Source: Patescibacteria group bacterium (GTDB lineage: Bacteria > Patescibacteriota > Minisyncoccia > Minisyncoccales > UBA10102). Taken from it: 64,000 nucleotides of DNA. Position 1 is the first letter of the stretch. The number at the start of each line of letters is the position of its first letter. The DNA lies in the NCBI GenBank assembly GCA_022563395.1, contig JADFNM010000001.1, positions 462,342-526,341 of the forward strand, read 5' to 3'. The notes beneath the pieces were generated by a model that saw only the letters and a list, made by a program, of their open reading frames with translations, had not been told where the DNA came from and did not search any database. This document shows, piece by piece, positions 62,675-64,000 of the stretch. A program made the position numbers and the translations under genes.

Positions 62675-63043
62675 ATGGCAAAGATTCTCATTATTGAGGA
62701 CGACAGGTTTTTGAAAGAACTCATCACGCAAAAGGTGAGGCAAGCAGGGTATGAGGTGGTGGGAGCAATGGATGGGGAAGAGGGGCTTACATTGGCAGGT
62801 GAAGAGCTTCCCAACCTCATTCTTTTAGACCTTATCTTACCTACCATGGATGGGTTTGAGGTATTGCGTAAACTCAAGGAGCAGGAAGCCACAAAAAACA
62901 TTCCTGTCATTATCCTTTCTAACCTGGGACAGAAAGAAGATATTGATAAAGGAATGCAGCTTGGGGCTATAGACTATATGGTAAAAGCGCACTTCACTCC
63001 TGGGGAAATCACTGAAAAGATAAAAAGCATTGTGAAGCAGTAG
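62675..63043 (+). CDS. Single-domain response regulator (receiver)
   Basis: ILIIEDD..LILLDLILPTMDG..K receiver signature; 122 aa. Confidence 0.85.
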   Translation: MAKILIIEDDRFLKELITQKVRQAGYEVVGAMDGEEGLTLAGEELPNLILLDLILPTMDGFEVLRKLKEQEATKNIPVIILSNLGQKEDIDKGMQLGAIDYMVKAHFTPGEITEKIKSIVKQ

Positions 63044-63052
63044 ATAGATTCC

Positions 63053-64000
63053 ATGCTTCTCTTGCTGTATGGTCCCGAGACCTATCTTGCCAGAATAAGA
63101 CTCCAGGAACTCAAGGAACAGGCTCGGGCCCAGGGCGCATTCATTTTTAACATTGACTGCAAGGAAGCTAATCTAAGAGAGGTATTCCAAGAATTGAATA
63201 CCCCTTCTCTTTTTGATTCTAAAAAGTTCCTGGTGCTGCGACATCCTTTTGGACTAAGCCAATGGGGAGAAAAAGAATTTCAAGATGCTCTTTTAAAAAC
63301 AGATCCTCATACCCTAGTTTTTATGGCAAGAGAGGAGAAGAGGACCGACCCCTTATTCAAGTTTCTTTTAAAGCACGGGAAACTTGAGGAATTCCCAAAG
63401 CTCAAGGGTTCACAACTCAAGAGTTGGATAGCAGGCGAGCTTAAAAAACATACGGTCTCTTTTGCACCCGGAGTAGATGATCTTTTGCTGTTCTCTTGCG
63501 GGGATGATTTGGAGCGCCTTTCCAGGGAAGTTGCAAAGCTCGCAGCTTTCAGGCGTTTCTCTTTAAAAAAGCAGATAACGAAAGACGATGTGCTATTGCT
63601 TGTAAGCCAACAGCTAGAACCGAAGATTTTTTCCACCATTGATGCGATTTCAGCAAAAGACAAAAAAGGTGCAACCAAGCTACTCCAAGAGCACTTGAAC
63701 AAGGGAGAGGCGCCCCTCCAACTCCTTTCGATGTTTGCCTGGCAGTTTCGCCTGCTTCTTTCCATAAAAGACTTGGAGGCAAGGGGAGTTTCAAGACAGG
63801 AGATTACAAGGAAACTCAAACTTCAAGCATTTGTGGCTCAAAAGAGCTTTGCTGCAACACAACGTTTTTCTTTAGAAGAATTAAAAGAGTTATACAAAAA
63901 AGTATTCTCCTTGGATCTGGCATTTAAAACCAGCAAGGGGAATCCAGACCAGTTGCTCTATCTATTCGTAGCAAGCGCTGGTGCAAAAGAAAAACAGCGG
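63053..64000 (+). CDS. holA: DNA polymerase III delta subunit (3' end outside window; not in ORF track)
   Basis: Manual translation is open for 316 codons to the window edge. MLLLLYGPETYL.., SLFDSKKFLVLR, IFSTIDAISAKDKKGATKLLQEHLNKGEAPLQLLSMFAWQFRLLL. Confidence 0.8.
   Translation, partial: MLLLLYGPETYLARIRLQELKEQARAQGAFIFNIDCKEANLREVFQELNTPSLFDSKKFLVLRHPFGLSQWGEKEFQDALLKTDPHTLVFMAREEKRTDPLFKFLLKHGKLEEFPKLKGSQLKSWIAGELKKHTVSFAPGVDDLLLFSCGDDLERLSREVAKLAAFRRFSLKKQITKDDVLLLVSQQLEPKIFSTIDAISAKDKKGATKLLQEHLNKGEAPLQLLSMFAWQFRLLLSIKDLEARGVSRQEITRKLKLQAFVAQKSFAATQRFSLEELKELYKKVFSLDLAFKTSKGNPDQLLYLFVASAGAKEKQR

Overview
A chromosomal window of about 45% GC by eye. Its gene content (type IV pilus genes, T4SS-like pilins, 8 tRNAs, housekeeping replication/RNA genes, almost no metabolism) looks like a small-genome Patescibacteria/CPR-type bacterium; this is an inference. 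Standard genetic code (TGA is used as a stop).

Layout:
- 1-3.9 kb: right end of a probable integrated element, with a large serine recombinase whose 3' end runs antisense into tRNA-His.
- 4.2-14.2 kb: minus-strand type IV pilus operon (HK, RR, pilB, pilC, four pilin-like genes, pilM/N/O).
- 14.3-33.5 kb: rny, clpP, nusA, corA, cca, rpsO-NYN-pnp, rsmA, tRNAs and several secreted or membrane proteins.
- 33.6-44.5 kb: T4SS-like module. It has a giant PKD/repeat protein ending in a VirB2-like pilin domain, a VirB6-like giant, a PrgI/VirB3-like protein, a split VirB4 and further pilins. No relaxase or coupling protein is present.
- 44.5-49.3 kb: replication origin region (jag-yidC-rnpA-rpmH on minus, dnaA-dnaN on plus).
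- 49.3-64 kb: PBP1A, tyrS, ruvC, yebC, ruvB, an orphan GspE-like ATPase, tsaE, polA, a HAMP/HK/RR set and partial holA.

Signals beyond the gene calls:
- VirB2-like pilin domains fused to large adhesin-like passengers.
- A hairpin repeat family of at least 12 copies, one of them a perfect 42-bp palindrome inserted in frame in cca.
- Two families of conserved mini-ORF leader cassettes (10 and 13 codons) directly in front of dnaA, sensor kinase, response regulator and VirB4-N genes.
- A recurrent -10 hexamer 6-7 nt before start codons, which suggests leaderless mRNAs.
- A roughly 130-bp inverted repeat pair next to two tRNAs, bracketing 22.7 kb.
- Two strongly structured non-coding elements (52968-53235 and 56046-56176).
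- A GC-rich, Shine-Dalgarno-led antisense cassette inside the T4SS-like module.

All homology statements come from motif recognition by eye. No database search was run.
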